DNA from: an uncultured Gammaproteobacteria bacterium | GTDB taxonomy: Bacteria > Patescibacteriota > Patescibacteriia > Magasanikbacterales > GWA2-37-8 | NCBI GenBank assembly: GCA_964355175.1 | Contig: CAYHBZ010000002.1 | Location: 268,537 to 332,536, forward strand | DNA length: 64,000 bases | Direction of reading: 5' to 3' | In this document: one piece after another, positions 47,889-57,141 of the stretch | How positions within the stretch are numbered: position 1 is the first letter of the stretch | Layout: every line of letters starts with the position of its first letter | Program-made: the position numbers and the translations under genes | The notes under the pieces: generated by a model | The model's input: only the letters and a program-made list of their open reading frames with translations | The model's database searches: none | Told to the model about the DNA's origin: nothing

Positions 47889-48359
47889 ATGATTTTTCAA
47901 AAATCCGCCCCCAAGAATATCAGCGAAGAAGTGGAAATGACCGATAATATGGGATCTCAGCAGCCATCTGATGAGGTGGAAACCGTGGTTGGTCCGTCCG
48001 TAAATGTAGAAGGTGATTTTGCTTCGGAAGGAAATATCATTGTCAAAGGTACCGTGGCCGGCAGTGTCCATACCAGCCGATTTTTGTCGGTGGAAATGGG
48101 ATCCAAAATTATGGCCAATGTGCGGGCTGGTAGCGCCAAAATCGCTGGTGAAGTAAAAGGTAATTTAAAAGTGCGTGAAAGTTTGGAACTTACATCCACC
48201 GCTCGAGTGATGGGTGATATTGAAGTAAAAGTTTTATCCATTGAGCCGGGAGCTTTGTTATTTGGCAAAGTGTCTATGCCTGGCCTCGAGGCTGGGGAAG
48301 CGCGCGTGCGTACCAGAGCGTCTCGTCGTGGCGAAGAAGCGGTGTCATCGGAAGAGTAG
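47889..48359 (+). CDS. Bactofilin (polymer-forming cytoskeletal protein)
   Basis: TVVGPSVNVEGDF...I.G.V.G...L.IEPGA...G. Confidence 0.92.
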   Translation: MIFQKSAPKNISEEVEMTDNMGSQQPSDEVETVVGPSVNVEGDFASEGNIIVKGTVAGSVHTSRFLSVEMGSKIMANVRAGSAKIAGEVKGNLKVRESLELTSTARVMGDIEVKVLSIEPGALLFGKVSMPGLEAGEARVRTRASRRGEEAVSSEE

Positions 48360-48384
48360 TTAATAAAGGATAATCCGTGCCGGT

Positions 48385-49149
48385 ATGTATGTTTATTTGT
48401 ATGACAATTTTTTGCGCCAGAAAAAGTATGATTCGCTTATCAAGGCAATGGAAGTGCGTTTGACCGACTATGGAATTGCCGGAAAAATTTTGCGTTTGAA
48501 TAATTTTATTGATCCCAAGCAGATAGTGGATGAAGAAATTCGTCGCGGCGCCAAGACCGTGGTGATTGTGGGCAACGATGCCACTTTTGGGTATGTGCTT
48601 TCCAAAGCTGCCACCTGTAATTGTATATTTGGTTTTTTGCCGGTGGGATCAGACAATACTATCGCGCAGGTACTCGGTATTCCTGAGGGATTGGACGGCT
48701 GTGATGTGCTCTCCAAACGCCGCAAGGAGCGTCTGGATGTGGGCTGGATGAACAATCGTTATTTTGTTTCTCAGTTACATGTGCGTCCAGCAGCCATCAA
48801 GGTAGTGTACGATGAACGATTTGCGGTGACGACCAAAGATAAAATGGAAGTAGTAGTCTGTAATTTACAGCCTTTTTATTGGAAAAAAGACAAAAAAGAC
48901 AAGAATGAACAAGTGGTCCATCCGCAAGATGGTAAGCTAGAGGCGTTCCTAAGACCATTGACAAAGAAGGGTTGGTGGGGTTATAACTATGAGGACCCCA
49001 GCATCTTTCCATTTGAAGAAATGGAGATTTTATCCAACACTCCCTTTACTGTCGAAGCCGACGGAAAGGTGAGTAAAGAGATAAAAGTAAAAATTAAACT
49101 AGCCCATAGCAAAGTAGAAATGATTTTGGGCAGGAATAGGAAGTTTTAA
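48385..49149 (+). CDS. Diacylglycerol kinase family protein
   Basis: VIVGNDAT, LPVGSDNTIA..LGIP, VEADG. Confidence 0.8.
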   Translation: MYVYLYDNFLRQKKYDSLIKAMEVRLTDYGIAGKILRLNNFIDPKQIVDEEIRRGAKTVVIVGNDATFGYVLSKAATCNCIFGFLPVGSDNTIAQVLGIPEGLDGCDVLSKRRKERLDVGWMNNRYFVSQLHVRPAAIKVVYDERFAVTTKDKMEVVVCNLQPFYWKKDKKDKNEQVVHPQDGKLEAFLRPLTKKGWWGYNYEDPSIFPFEEMEILSNTPFTVEADGKVSKEIKVKIKLAHSKVEMILGRNRKF

Positions 49150-49157
49150 TTAAATTA

Positions 49158-49241
49158 GCTCAGGTGGCGAAATTGGTAGACGCACTACCTTGAGGTGGTA
49201 GCGGCCGCAAGGCCTTGGAAGTTCGAATCTTCTCCTGAGCA
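49158..49241 (+). tRNA. tRNA-Leu(GAG)
   Basis: Acceptor GCTCAGG/CCTGAGC, anticodon arm CTACC-TTGAGGT-GGTAG, long variable arm, GTTCGAATC; CCA not encoded. Confidence 0.96.
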
Positions 49242-49253
49242 CTTAAGATTTTT

Positions 49254-49496
49254 ATGCAATATTTCATTGGGGTCATGATAGTGTTAGTAGGGGTGCTGTT
49301 AATTTTAAAAACCGAATGGTTTTTGGAAAATTTTGGCACCATTGCCTGGGCCGAGGAAAATTTAGGCACCAGTGGCGGCAGTCGATTGATGTATAAGTTC
49401 ATTGGAATTTTTGGAATATTTATCGGATTTTTATTGATTACCAACATGTTCGGCGGTTTTGTGATGGGGACAATTGGTAAATTATTTATTAGATAA
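49254..49496 (+). CDS. Small hypothetical membrane protein
   Basis: Two TM helices around FG.IAWAE..LG..GGSRL.YK. Confidence 0.75.
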   Translation: MQYFIGVMIVLVGVLLILKTEWFLENFGTIAWAEENLGTSGGSRLMYKFIGIFGIFIGFLLITNMFGGFVMGTIGKLFIR

Positions 49497-49497
49497 T

Positions 49498-50046
49498 ATG
49501 CAAACTTCCGGCCGGGCATTAATTAATCCGTTGGAAATTTTCCAAAAAGTTGGCCTTTCTTCCGGTATGCGGGTGGCTGATATGGGTTGTGGTCGCACCG
49601 GACATTTTGTCTTCCCAGCCGCGCGCGCCGTAGGAGAAAAAGGTGTGGTCTATGCCGTGGATATACTTAAAGATGTTTTAAACAGTTTGGGTAGTTGGGT
49701 GAAATCTGAAGGTTTGGAAAATGTGCAGACGGTTTGGTCGGATATTGAAAAAGTAAATAAAACTCCAATTCCAGCCAAAAGTATTGACGCTTGTTTTTTT
49801 ATGAATGTGGTTTCGCATCTCAAAGATAAGGCCGGTGCTTTGTCTGAAGCGGCCAGATTGATAAAAGATGATGGTCAGGTAGTAGTGGTGGACTGGAGTA
49901 GAGCGCTTGGCACTTTGGGGCCACAAGATCAGTCCAGTGCTGATCCGCAAAAAGTAATAGAAATTGCCGAAAATTGTGGATTGCGTTTAGTAGAAAATTT
50001 TTCTTGTAGTGATTATCATTATTGTTTGTTATTTAAAAAAGTTTAA
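49498..50046 (+). CDS. Class I SAM-dependent methyltransferase
   Basis: ADMGCGRTG, VYAVDI, VVVDW. Confidence 0.88.
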   Translation: MQTSGRALINPLEIFQKVGLSSGMRVADMGCGRTGHFVFPAARAVGEKGVVYAVDILKDVLNSLGSWVKSEGLENVQTVWSDIEKVNKTPIPAKSIDACFFMNVVSHLKDKAGALSEAARLIKDDGQVVVVDWSRALGTLGPQDQSSADPQKVIEIAENCGLRLVENFSCSDYHYCLLFKKV

Positions 50047-50049
50047 TTT

Positions 50050-50457
50050 ATGCAGATACAAAATGTTTTGAAGGGGTCGTATTGGTTTTATCAGCCGTTT
50101 ATCGCTGTTGGAGCAGTAAGATGGTTTTGGATTGTCAGTTTTTTGGTAATGATTTTGGCCGGACTTATCGCCAAAATTGTCCGAGTAAGTAATGAAAAAA
50201 TTAGCGGCGGCACCAAAGAAGTGTTGCGTCGTGCTGGCAATCTTTTAATCACTATGGGTTGTTTGGGATGGCTTTGGATGTTTTTCCGCCAACAGCAGGT
50301 TTCATTTTTAGCTTGGCGTTTTTGGTTGGTCTTGTGGGCAGTGTTATTGGTGTGGTGGACTTTCAAAGTAGTTTTCTATGCTACCAAACGCCTGCCTTTG
50401 ATTAGTACTGAGCAAGCCAAAAGAGATTTGCAATCAAAATATTTACCAAAAAAATAA
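50050..50457 (+). CDS. Hypothetical membrane protein
   Basis: Three TM helices; operonic spacing. Confidence 0.75.
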   Translation: MQIQNVLKGSYWFYQPFIAVGAVRWFWIVSFLVMILAGLIAKIVRVSNEKISGGTKEVLRRAGNLLITMGCLGWLWMFFRQQQVSFLAWRFWLVLWAVLLVWWTFKVVFYATKRLPLISTEQAKRDLQSKYLPKK

Positions 50458-50460
50458 AAT

Positions 50461-50817
50461 ATGTCGGGGAGGGGGAAATTAATCGGTAAATGGGGAGAAA
50501 ATTTAGCCTGTGCCTTTTTAGAGAGGCACAGGTTTTTTATTAAAGAGCGGAATTTTTATTCGACCGTGGGGGAGCTCGATGTTGTGGCGATGAAGGACGG
50601 GGATTATTATTTTATTGAAGTCAAAACTCGTGCCGTTGGTGAGCTGGCTACGGATTTGGCTATCACCCCGGCCAAAAAGCATAAAATGCAAAAGACTGTA
50701 AATAAGTATTGTTATGTACGAGGTGTGCCTGATGTAGGCTTAATTTTAGCCGGTTTGTTGGTGGTCTATGATATCAAAAGCAAGAAAGTCTCTCTGCGGT
50801 TCGCTATTTTCGAGTAA
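50461..50817 (+). CDS. YraN (UPF0102) family protein
   Basis: GKWGENLA..FL, RNF...GELDVVA...FIEVKTR. Confidence 0.9.
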   Translation: MSGRGKLIGKWGENLACAFLERHRFFIKERNFYSTVGELDVVAMKDGDYYFIEVKTRAVGELATDLAITPAKKHKMQKTVNKYCYVRGVPDVGLILAGLLVVYDIKSKKVSLRFAIFE

Positions 50818-50876
50818 AGTTGACAATTTAGCCAAAATTGATTAGAATTAAGCGAATTACTTTTAATAAAAATATT

Positions 50877-51482
50877 ATGGCTCAGCTTATTTGTAAGGAA
50901 AGATCGTTTGTTGCCATTAAACCAGATGGTGTACAGCGTGCTTTGATTGGTGAAATTATTAAGCGTTTTGAACGTACTGGATTGAAATTAGTAGGTTTGA
51001 AATTGGTGATGGCCACTGCTGAAAATTGCTGGACTCACTATGATAAAGATGATAAATGGTATGAAGAAAAAGGTGCCAATGTGGTAAAAAACCGCGCGGC
51101 TAATGGTCTGCCGGTAGACAAGCCAGCGATTGAATACGGTCGCGATATTATCGGCGCTTTGGTGAAATTCATGACCTGTGGCCCGGTAGTGGCAATGGTT
51201 TGGGAAGGAAACCAAGCTGTAAATATTGTAAAAAAATTGGTTGGTGGTACTGAGCCAACTACTTCTGATGTGGGTACTATCCGCGGCGATCTCACTTTGG
51301 ATTCTTATGAATTGGCCAATCTCGACAGTCGTGCTGTAAGAAATTTGATTCACTGTTCCGACAAACCAGAAGAAGCCAAAAGAGAAGTTGACATTTGGTT
51401 TAAAGCCGAAGAATTGATCAGCTACCGTTTGGTGCAAGAACAAGTTTTGTACGATGTAAACATTGACGGATTGCTGGAATAA
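50877..51482 (+). CDS. ndk: Nucleoside diphosphate kinase
   Basis: IKPDGVQR.LIGEII.RFE, GTIRGD, NLIHCSD. Confidence 0.95.
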   Translation: MAQLICKERSFVAIKPDGVQRALIGEIIKRFERTGLKLVGLKLVMATAENCWTHYDKDDKWYEEKGANVVKNRAANGLPVDKPAIEYGRDIIGALVKFMTCGPVVAMVWEGNQAVNIVKKLVGGTEPTTSDVGTIRGDLTLDSYELANLDSRAVRNLIHCSDKPEEAKREVDIWFKAEELISYRLVQEQVLYDVNIDGLLE

Positions 51483-51567
51483 GATCGGAAAAAATAATAT
51501 TAAAAAACAAAAACCCCGACTAGTTCGGGGTTTTTGACACTCAGTAAAGCGTATTGTATAATTGAGC

Positions 51568-51693
51568 TGTTCAGTTAAAGGCCAAAAATGTTCTACAATT
51601 TTTCTATTGGATAGTCAATATTTGATCTCCCTGTGGGGAGATCGTGAGGCTAACCGCCCTAAAGTTTAGGGACATAAAGCCTTTAGCTGGATA
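51568..51693 (+). ncRNA. Candidate compact 6S RNA (SsrS-like)
   Basis: Perfect TTGACA(51534)-17-TATAAT(51557) promoter; TGTTCAGTTAAAGGC pairs with GCCTTTAGCTGGATA; central bubble; apical hairpin; terminator 51695-51725; no ORF. Confidence 0.65.
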
Positions 51694-51729
51694 TAAAAAT
51701 CCCTTGAATAATTCAAGGGATTTTTGTTT

Positions 51730-52092
51730 TTAAATTTTTGTTTGGAAGTAATTTATAATTTCCACTTCACCTTTATAGCAGGTGGTGCCATTCCATAGTA
51801 GTGGCACGGACATGTCGCCGGTCGCACTATTTAGCCCGCAGTGTTGCCAGACTTTGTTCATTATCAGAGCGTTACCTTTGTTGTACCAAACTTCTTTGGT
51901 GTCAAAAGGATATTTTTTATCAACGCCATTGGCGGCTACGAAGTCTTCTACATTTTTGCAATGTGGACAGCCTTGGCCGACAAATAAAGTAGGTTTGTCT
52001 GGCAGGCCAGAGGTTTTGCTGGGGGCAAAGATTATAGCCAGACCAAAAATTATAAGAGCGATAGTGATTATATAGGGCAAAGCTTTTTTCAT
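51730..52092 (-). CDS. Membrane-anchored glutaredoxin/thioredoxin-like protein
   Basis: N-terminal TM, CPHC, VP motif. Confidence 0.82.
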   Translation of the reverse strand: MKKALPYIITIALIIFGLAIIFAPSKTSGLPDKPTLFVGQGCPHCKNVEDFVAANGVDKKYPFDTKEVWYNKGNALIMNKVWQHCGLNSATGDMSVPLLWNGTTCYKGEVEIINYFQTKI

Positions 52093-52175
52093 AGGTGTGT
52101 ATTATTACTCATTTAATTATACATTTTTTATAAAATTCATGCAAATAAAAAATCCCCCATAGTTGGGGGATTTTA

Positions 52176-52349
52176 TTAAGCTTTTTTGGAAGCGGTGCGG
52201 CGACAGGAGGAACAAGCTTTTACTTTGGTTCCGCCCACAGCCAAGGGTTGTAAGTTTGGGCTTTGGCGACGTGGAACACGGCGCTTGCTGTGACTTACAT
52301 GATTGGCGCGGACACTAGTTTTTCCGCAAACATCACATGATCTGCTCAT
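52176..52349 (-). CDS. rpmB: 50S ribosomal protein L28 (absent from the ORF track)
   Basis: Hand translation MSRSCDVCGKTSVRANHVSHSKRRVPRRQSPNLQPLAVGGTKVKACSSCRRTASKKA. Confidence 0.95.
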   Translation of the reverse strand: MSRSCDVCGKTSVRANHVSHSKRRVPRRQSPNLQPLAVGGTKVKACSSCRRTASKKA

Positions 52350-52429
52350 AAAATTGATTATTTAGTAGTATATGATATAATATTTCTGGCCCTATTGTAG
52401 CAGTTTTTAATTAGTTTGTCAATATTGAT

Positions 52430-53032
52430 ATGGATTTTATCTCCTTGTTATTCTACTTTATTATCATTATCCCGTCGGCTATTATTCATGAATATGCCCA
52501 CGGCTGGATGGCCAATCAGCTAGGTGATCCGACTGCCCGCTACGCCGGACGACTCACCATTGATCCGCGTGTCCATATTGATATGTGGGGTACTATTTTG
52601 ATGCCTATAGGTTTGTTTATTTTGACCGGCGGACGATTTTTATTTGCTTATGCCAAGCCGGTACCATATAATCCTTATAATCTGCGCAATCAAAAATGGG
52701 GTCCGGTATGGGTGGGTTTGGCTGGGCCGATGGCCAATTTACTTTTGGCTTTGGCTTTTGCCGTAGTCTATCGTATGTTTCCTTTGACACCGGCCTCTGA
52801 ATTTATTGCGATTATAGTAATGGCTAACATCACTTTGATGGTCTTTAATCTTTTGCCCATTCCGCCTTTGGATGGATCCAAACTTTTGTACGCTTTGCTG
52901 CCGGTTTCAGCTTACAAGGTGCGTAGCTTTTTGGATAGATACGGTTTTGTAATTTTATTATTTTTTGTCTTTTTTCTTTTTGATCTGCTCTCTCCAGTCA
53001 TCAGTCTGTTAATTTCTTGGCTCCTGGGTTAA
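52430..53032 (+). CDS. Site-2 protease (M50) family
   Basis: HEYAH, AGP.AN, FNLLPIPPLDGSK. Confidence 0.93.
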   Translation: MDFISLLFYFIIIIPSAIIHEYAHGWMANQLGDPTARYAGRLTIDPRVHIDMWGTILMPIGLFILTGGRFLFAYAKPVPYNPYNLRNQKWGPVWVGLAGPMANLLLALAFAVVYRMFPLTPASEFIAIIVMANITLMVFNLLPIPPLDGSKLLYALLPVSAYKVRSFLDRYGFVILLFFVFFLFDLLSPVISLLISWLLG

Positions 53033-53033
53033 T

Positions 53034-54233
53034 ATGTTGGCCGTAATGTCTGTTTCGGAATTTATTGAGCAAGTCAATGGAATAATTGCCGGGGAATTTG
53101 TGGTGGAGGGTGAAGTGTCACAATATAAAATCTCGCAAGGTAAATGGATATTTTTTGATCTCAAAGACGATAAGGCTGTGGTAAATTGTTTTGCCACGGT
53201 TTTTAATTTGAGCCAGCCTCTGGAAGATGGGATGAAAATTCGTGTGCTGGGATACCCAAAAATTCATGATCGTAGCGGGCGATTTAGTATCACGGTGCAA
53301 AAGGTGGAATTGGTAGGTGAGGGCAGTCTCAAAAAAGCTTATCTTTTATTAAAGAAAAAATTGGAGGAAGAAGGATTGTTTAATACCGAGAGAAAAAGAT
53401 TGTTGCCGGAATTGCCGGCCAAAATTGGTGTGGTGGCTTCGCGTGATAGCGCAGCCTTTGGCGACTTCGTGCGTATCTTAAATAACCGCTGGAGCGGGGT
53501 AGAAATAAATTTATATAATGTGGCGGTGCAGGGTGAACAGGCAGTGTCGGAAATTACCGAGGCTTTCAATTTTTTTAATACTCATGACACTCAGTGTGAT
53601 GTATTAGTATTAATCCGTGGCGGTGGGTCACTGGAAGATCTTGCGGCTTTTAATAATGAATTGGTAGTGCGCGCGGTGTACGGCAGTAAAATTCCAGTGG
53701 TGTGCGGGGTTGGGCATGAGCGTGATGAATCGTTGTGTGATTTCGCGGCCGACAGGCGAGCGTCTACACCATCCAACGCCGCGGAAATAGTGGTGCCGGA
53801 CAAAGAAGATTTTATTGCCGGGTTGGAATATTCCCTTGAACACATTTCTGGTTCAATGCAAAATAAGATCTTGCGCTGGCGTAGGATGGTTGAACAAAAT
53901 TTGTATACAATCAGCTCCGTGCTCGAAGCGCCTTTGCAAAAATGTCGTAATCTGATGATGAATTTTGGTCGTGCTCCGCAAATTTTGCAAACAGTTTTGA
54001 ATCAGTACCAAGCCTATGTGTCCTCGGCACAAATGTTGTTTAAAAATGTGGATCCGAAAAGAGTTCTTCAGCGTGGGTATAGCTTGGTGAAAGATAAGAA
54101 TGGGGTGCTGATAAAGAGGGCTGATCAATTAGACATTGGCGAGGAATTTGTGGTAGAATTGGGGAGTGGAAGTGTGCTTGGTGAAGTTCTTGATCCGAAA
54201 AATAAAAAGAGAAAACAGGGGAAATTATTGTAA
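53034..54233 (+). CDS. xseA: Exodeoxyribonuclease VII large subunit
   Basis: VEGEVS, RGGGSLEDL..FN, GVGHERD, TPSNAAE, VLQRGYS. Confidence 0.96.
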   Translation: MLAVMSVSEFIEQVNGIIAGEFVVEGEVSQYKISQGKWIFFDLKDDKAVVNCFATVFNLSQPLEDGMKIRVLGYPKIHDRSGRFSITVQKVELVGEGSLKKAYLLLKKKLEEEGLFNTERKRLLPELPAKIGVVASRDSAAFGDFVRILNNRWSGVEINLYNVAVQGEQAVSEITEAFNFFNTHDTQCDVLVLIRGGGSLEDLAAFNNELVVRAVYGSKIPVVCGVGHERDESLCDFAADRRASTPSNAAEIVVPDKEDFIAGLEYSLEHISGSMQNKILRWRRMVEQNLYTISSVLEAPLQKCRNLMMNFGRAPQILQTVLNQYQAYVSSAQMLFKNVDPKRVLQRGYSLVKDKNGVLIKRADQLDIGEEFVVELGSGSVLGEVLDPKNKKRKQGKLL

Positions 54234-54247
54234 ATTTTATAAAAATT

Positions 54248-54439
54248 ATGACTGCGGATAAAAAATTTAACTTTTCAAAATCTTATCAAGAACTTCAGAA
54301 GATTGTGGAGTGGTTTGAGAAGGAAGAAGTGGATTTGGAAGAGGGTATAGAAAAATTTGAAGAGGGGTCAAAGATTGTCAAAGATTTGAAGGACTATTTG
54401 GAAAAAATGGAGAATAAAATCAAAGAATTGAAAAAATAA
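54248..54439 (+). CDS. xseB: Exodeoxyribonuclease VII small subunit
   Basis: ELQKIV..FE....LEEGI.KFEEG; follows xseA. Confidence 0.92.
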   Translation: MTADKKFNFSKSYQELQKIVEWFEKEEVDLEEGIEKFEEGSKIVKDLKDYLEKMENKIKELKK

Positions 54440-54513
54440 GCTAAAGCTTGCGATTACGTCGGGCCTCGCAAATAAATAAATTTATTTGGCTCGACCCTAG
54501 AAATCTTAAATTT

Positions 54514-54855
54514 ATGTTTTTAATTTTACATTGGATTATCAGCGCTTTGTTATTAATTCTGGTGGCTTATTTGGTGCCGGGGATTACGGTGGTAAGCTTC
54601 TTTTCCGCTTTAATTGCGGCTTTGGTGCTTGGTTTGGCCAATGCTTTGGTTCGTCCGATTTTAATTTTGTTCACTTTGCCGATTAATATTTTGACCTTGG
54701 GTTTGTTCACTCTGGTGATCAATGCTTTGATGTTCCTGCTAGTATCTTCGATCGTAAAAGGTTTTAATGTAGATGGATTCTGGCCGGCATTCTGGGGAGC
54801 TTTGGTTATGTCTTTGATTAGTTGGATAGTGGACAGCGCTTTTAATAAAAAATAA
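54514..54855 (+). CDS. YvlD/DUF360 (4-TMS holin-like) membrane protein
   Basis: NALVRPIL..FTLPINILTLGLF..VINALM. Confidence 0.9.
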   Translation: MFLILHWIISALLLILVAYLVPGITVVSFFSALIAALVLGLANALVRPILILFTLPINILTLGLFTLVINALMFLLVSSIVKGFNVDGFWPAFWGALVMSLISWIVDSAFNKK

Positions 54856-54886
54856 TTTTTCCCAAATCCTCCGCGTAAAAATAATT

Positions 54887-55471
54887 ATGAACAGAACGCT
54901 AAAACTATTGTTATTCTCTTCCATTTTTGTCGATACCGGTTTTGGTTTTATTGATCCGATTCTTTCTATTTTTATCAAAGATAATTTGACCGGCGGTACA
55001 ATTTTTACGGCTGGTATCGCCAGCACTATTTATTTGGTGACTAAATCGGTTTTGCAGTTGCCGTTTGCCCGTTATGTAGATAAACACGACAACAAAATAA
55101 AATGGCTGTTGGTTGGAACGGCAGCAATGGCATTGGTGCCATTTATGTACATTTTTTGTTCCAACATTTGGTATATTTATATGGCACAATTTTTTCTAGG
55201 TATTGGATCTGCTCTGGCTTATCCTACCTGGTTGGGACTGTGGAGTACGCATCTTGATAAGAAAAAAGAAAGTTTTCAGTGGAGTCTATATTCCACTGCT
55301 ACCGGGATTGGCACAGCAATCACCGCCAGTGTGGGTGCAGCCGTGGCGCAGTGGGCAGGATTTCAAATCGCCTTTGCGTTGGTAGGGGTCATGGCGGTGA
55401 TCGGTTTCATTATACTTATATTTTTACAAAATAAACAAAACGAAAAGGAATTATCATTAGATTCTATCTAA
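54887..55471 (+). CDS. Half-size MFS-like transporter (about 6 TM)
   Basis: QLPFARYVDK MFS-like loop; 194 aa. Confidence 0.8.
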   Translation: MNRTLKLLLFSSIFVDTGFGFIDPILSIFIKDNLTGGTIFTAGIASTIYLVTKSVLQLPFARYVDKHDNKIKWLLVGTAAMALVPFMYIFCSNIWYIYMAQFFLGIGSALAYPTWLGLWSTHLDKKKESFQWSLYSTATGIGTAITASVGAAVAQWAGFQIAFALVGVMAVIGFIILIFLQNKQNEKELSLDSI

Positions 55472-55609
55472 ATCTTATGAAAAATTATTCCAGCAATCGC
55501 GCTCAAAAAGGTAAGACCGCCTATCGCACGCCTAGTATGTTTAAGGCGAACAAAGCGATAAAGTCTAATGTGGTGCGTAATTATAAAAAAGGTAAATCGG
55601 TAACTGGTT

Positions 55610-56218
55610 ATGAAAATAGTTTCAAGAAACACTAATTCAATTGTCGTAAAAGATTGGGCGCTATCCAGTTATTTTTTAGGCCCGGTCATTTTTTGTGCCG
55701 GAATTTTTTGGGGATATGGTCGGTTTACGCAAGGCTTTAATACTTTTACAGTAGATAATTTGGTAGCAATCATTTTTGCGATCGTGGGATTATATATTTT
55801 ATTTTCCCAGGAAATTACTACCATTACTTTGGATAAAGTGGCGGAAAATATATCAATCTTAAGAAAAACATTTTTTTCTTCAAAAATAGAAAATTATAGA
55901 TTTAGTGATCTGGCACAAATTATTCTAGAAGAAAAAATTAGCCGAAGCAGTAAAGGGGGTAGCGCTGTATCCTATGACATTCAATTGTTTTTAAAAGAAG
56001 GCGCTAAGGTAAGTCTAGTGAATAAGCAGACTAAGTTGGCTTCATTTTTGGCTAATAAGAAAAAGTATGTGGCAATAACCAAGGAGTTGTCGGAATTTAT
56101 TGGGGTTGGTTTTAAAGATTTTGGTACGCCTAGTTTGGGTGATGCTCTAGATCTATTTAAGCAAGTGATGACTAATAAAAACACAAATAATAATTTAGAT
56201 AATAGCAGTGAAAAATAA
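55610..56218 (+). CDS. Hypothetical membrane protein
   Basis: Two TM helices followed by a beta-rich region. Confidence 0.7.
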   Translation: MKIVSRNTNSIVVKDWALSSYFLGPVIFCAGIFWGYGRFTQGFNTFTVDNLVAIIFAIVGLYILFSQEITTITLDKVAENISILRKTFFSSKIENYRFSDLAQIILEEKISRSSKGGSAVSYDIQLFLKEGAKVSLVNKQTKLASFLANKKKYVAITKELSEFIGVGFKDFGTPSLGDALDLFKQVMTNKNTNNNLDNSSEK

Positions 56219-56222
56219 AATT

Positions 56223-56915
56223 ATGAAGAAAGAAAAAATTGCGGTGTTGTCGCTAGGCGGCTCGATGATCAATGGGAAAAATGGTTTAGACACGGAATTT
56301 TTAAAAAATTTCAAAACTTTTATTATCAAAGAAATAAAAAACGGATATAGATTTGTGATAGTATGTGGCGGCGGGCGAGTGTGTCGCGAATATCAGGACG
56401 CGGCCAGGACAGTGGGGCTAAATAAAAATACCGACCTGGATTGGATAGGTATTCACACTACTCATTTTAATGCCAATTTTATGAAAGGGATATTTGGAAA
56501 ATTATCTCACAGTGAAATTGTAAAAAATGAAAGTGATAAATTTAAATGGACCAGTAAATTATTATTTTCTGGCGGTTGGAAGCCGGGACACTCTACGGAT
56601 TTTGACGCGGTAGTATTGGCCAAAAGATATGGTGCCAAAACCGTGATCAATCTTTCTAATATCGAATATGTTTTCAATAAAGACCCAAATAAATTTAGTG
56701 ATGCTGTGAAGATAGAAAAAATTAGTTGGAAAGATTTTAGAAAAATTGTCGGCAATAAATGGGTACCAGGAGCCAACGCGCCGTTTGATCCAATCGCTAG
56801 TCGTGAAGCAGAAAAAAATAAACTAAGAGTGGTGGTGATGAAAGGACAAAATTTAGGAGAAGTTTCAAAATTATTGAAAGGAGAGGAAAAGATTATTGGT
56901 ACGATAATTGAGTAA
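56223..56915 (+). CDS. pyrH: UMP kinase, archaeal type
   Basis: SLGGS, GGG...R.YQ..A, DWIGI..T..NA, GWKPGHSTD, PGANAPFDP. Confidence 0.9.
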   Translation: MKKEKIAVLSLGGSMINGKNGLDTEFLKNFKTFIIKEIKNGYRFVIVCGGGRVCREYQDAARTVGLNKNTDLDWIGIHTTHFNANFMKGIFGKLSHSEIVKNESDKFKWTSKLLFSGGWKPGHSTDFDAVVLAKRYGAKTVINLSNIEYVFNKDPNKFSDAVKIEKISWKDFRKIVGNKWVPGANAPFDPIASREAEKNKLRVVVMKGQNLGEVSKLLKGEEKIIGTIIE

Positions 56916-57141
56916 AAACAAAAAAAGACACCAAATTTAATTGGTGTCTTTTTAATTTTCAAGCGTTTATATCACTCGCACAATCTGAAAACAAATATAT
57001 TATTTTCAAATTGCGCGGCGAGTGATATTTGTATGCCTGCGTCCCACTGCCCGCTTTTGGCGAGTGGGACTGCTTGACGGTGGTCGGCCGTCTACTTCTT
57101 GGTGCTGCGGCTTGGTGGCGTACTCGGGGAGGAGGCGGGAT

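Noticed and set aside
49160-49519. Minus-strand 119-aa ORF
   Set aside because: Antisense to tRNA-Leu and to a real membrane-protein gene
54514-54855. 'Phage holin' family gene as a prophage indicator
   Set aside because: YvlD/DUF360 is a common chromosomal gene and no phage genes are nearby
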